NCBI GenBank assembly: GCA_964016885.1
Contig: OZ024741.1
Coordinates: 234,794,001-234,858,000 of the forward strand
Reading direction: 5' to 3'
Source of the DNA: Eledone cirrhosa
Lineage: Eukaryota
Length of the DNA stretch: 64,000 nucleotides
Position numbers and translations under genes: made by a program
The notes under the pieces: generated by a model
Database searches by the model: none
What the model was told of the DNA's origin: nothing
Seen by the model: the letters and a program-made list of their open reading frames with translations, nothing else
Shown: one piece after another, positions 63,312 to 64,000 of the stretch
Layout: the number at the start of each line of letters is the position of its first letter
How positions within the stretch are numbered: the first letter of the stretch is position 1

Positions 63312-64000
63312 GGATTGGCAGTATTGGTAGAGGGTCGGATGCCATGCTTTGACGTATAGAGTTACGGCCCTTGCCATTCTGAGTTCAAATCCCGCATAGG
63401 TTGACTTTGCCTTTCATCCTTACGGGGTCGATAAAATAAAGTACCAGTAATACACTGGGTATTTGCTGGCCTTGTGCCAAAAGTAGAAACAATTATTATT
63501 ATTATTATTATTATTAATAATTTAGGCACAAGGCCAGTAACTTAGAAGACAGTAATGTCAATTGAAACAACCCAATACTTTACTGCTACTTTATTTGATC
63601 GACTCTGAGAGTCGAACTCAGAACAGTTATGGCCCCTTATGTTCTCAGTTCAAATCCTGCTGAGGTTAGCTTTACCTTTCATCTTTACAGGGTCGATAAA
63701 TTCAAGTACCAGTAACGTAATGGAGTGAATTTAATCGACTTTCCATTCATCCAAAAATTGTTGGCCTTGTCTCTCATTCTGCTGAGGTTAAGCTTTACTT
63801 TTTATCCTTACGGGGTCGATAAAATAAAATACTAGTAATGCACTGGCGTTGATTTCATCAACTCCCACTTCCCACATAATGGCCTTGTGCCTAAATCAGA
63901 TTGGCAGTATCAGTAGAGCGTCGGACACCATGATTAGATGCATGGAGTTACGGCCCTTTACGTTCTGAGTTCAAATCCCACCAAGGTTAGTTTTTCCTTT
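63312..64000 (+). mobile_element. Cluster of SINE family B copies (last one cut by the window end)
   Basis: ggattggcagtat...gagttcaaatcc...ggggtcgataaaataaagtaccagt repeated at ~63312, ~63620, ~63780 and ~63899. Confidence 0.8.

Overview
This is AT-rich, repeat-dense animal DNA. The microsatellite load, the SINE types and the single-exon C2H2 gene resemble a coleoid cephalopod such as Octopus (inference, not verified). The only convincing host gene is a C2H2 zinc-finger protein (34032-36719, +) with 19 tandem fingers built from a four-finger module. The rest is transposon debris: RTE, CR1 and R4/Dong-like LINEs, a mariner remnant, tRNA-derived SINEs, piggyBac-type and other MITEs, and satellites. 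The most striking unannotated signal is about ten type I hammerhead-ribozyme motifs (CTGANGA...GAAA...TH with a short, often palindromic helix III), some intact and some decayed. Two lie just 3' of Penelope-like endonuclease remnants. Several sit in long fold-back palindromes next to (TA)n tracts, and one is on the sense strand 1.45 kb downstream of the zinc-finger stop codon. Two tandem arrays can be traced to their source within the window: a 36-bp satellite grown from a MITE end, and a 27-bp minisatellite grown inside a hammerhead helix II. All structures were read by eye, and the boundaries of decayed elements are approximate.
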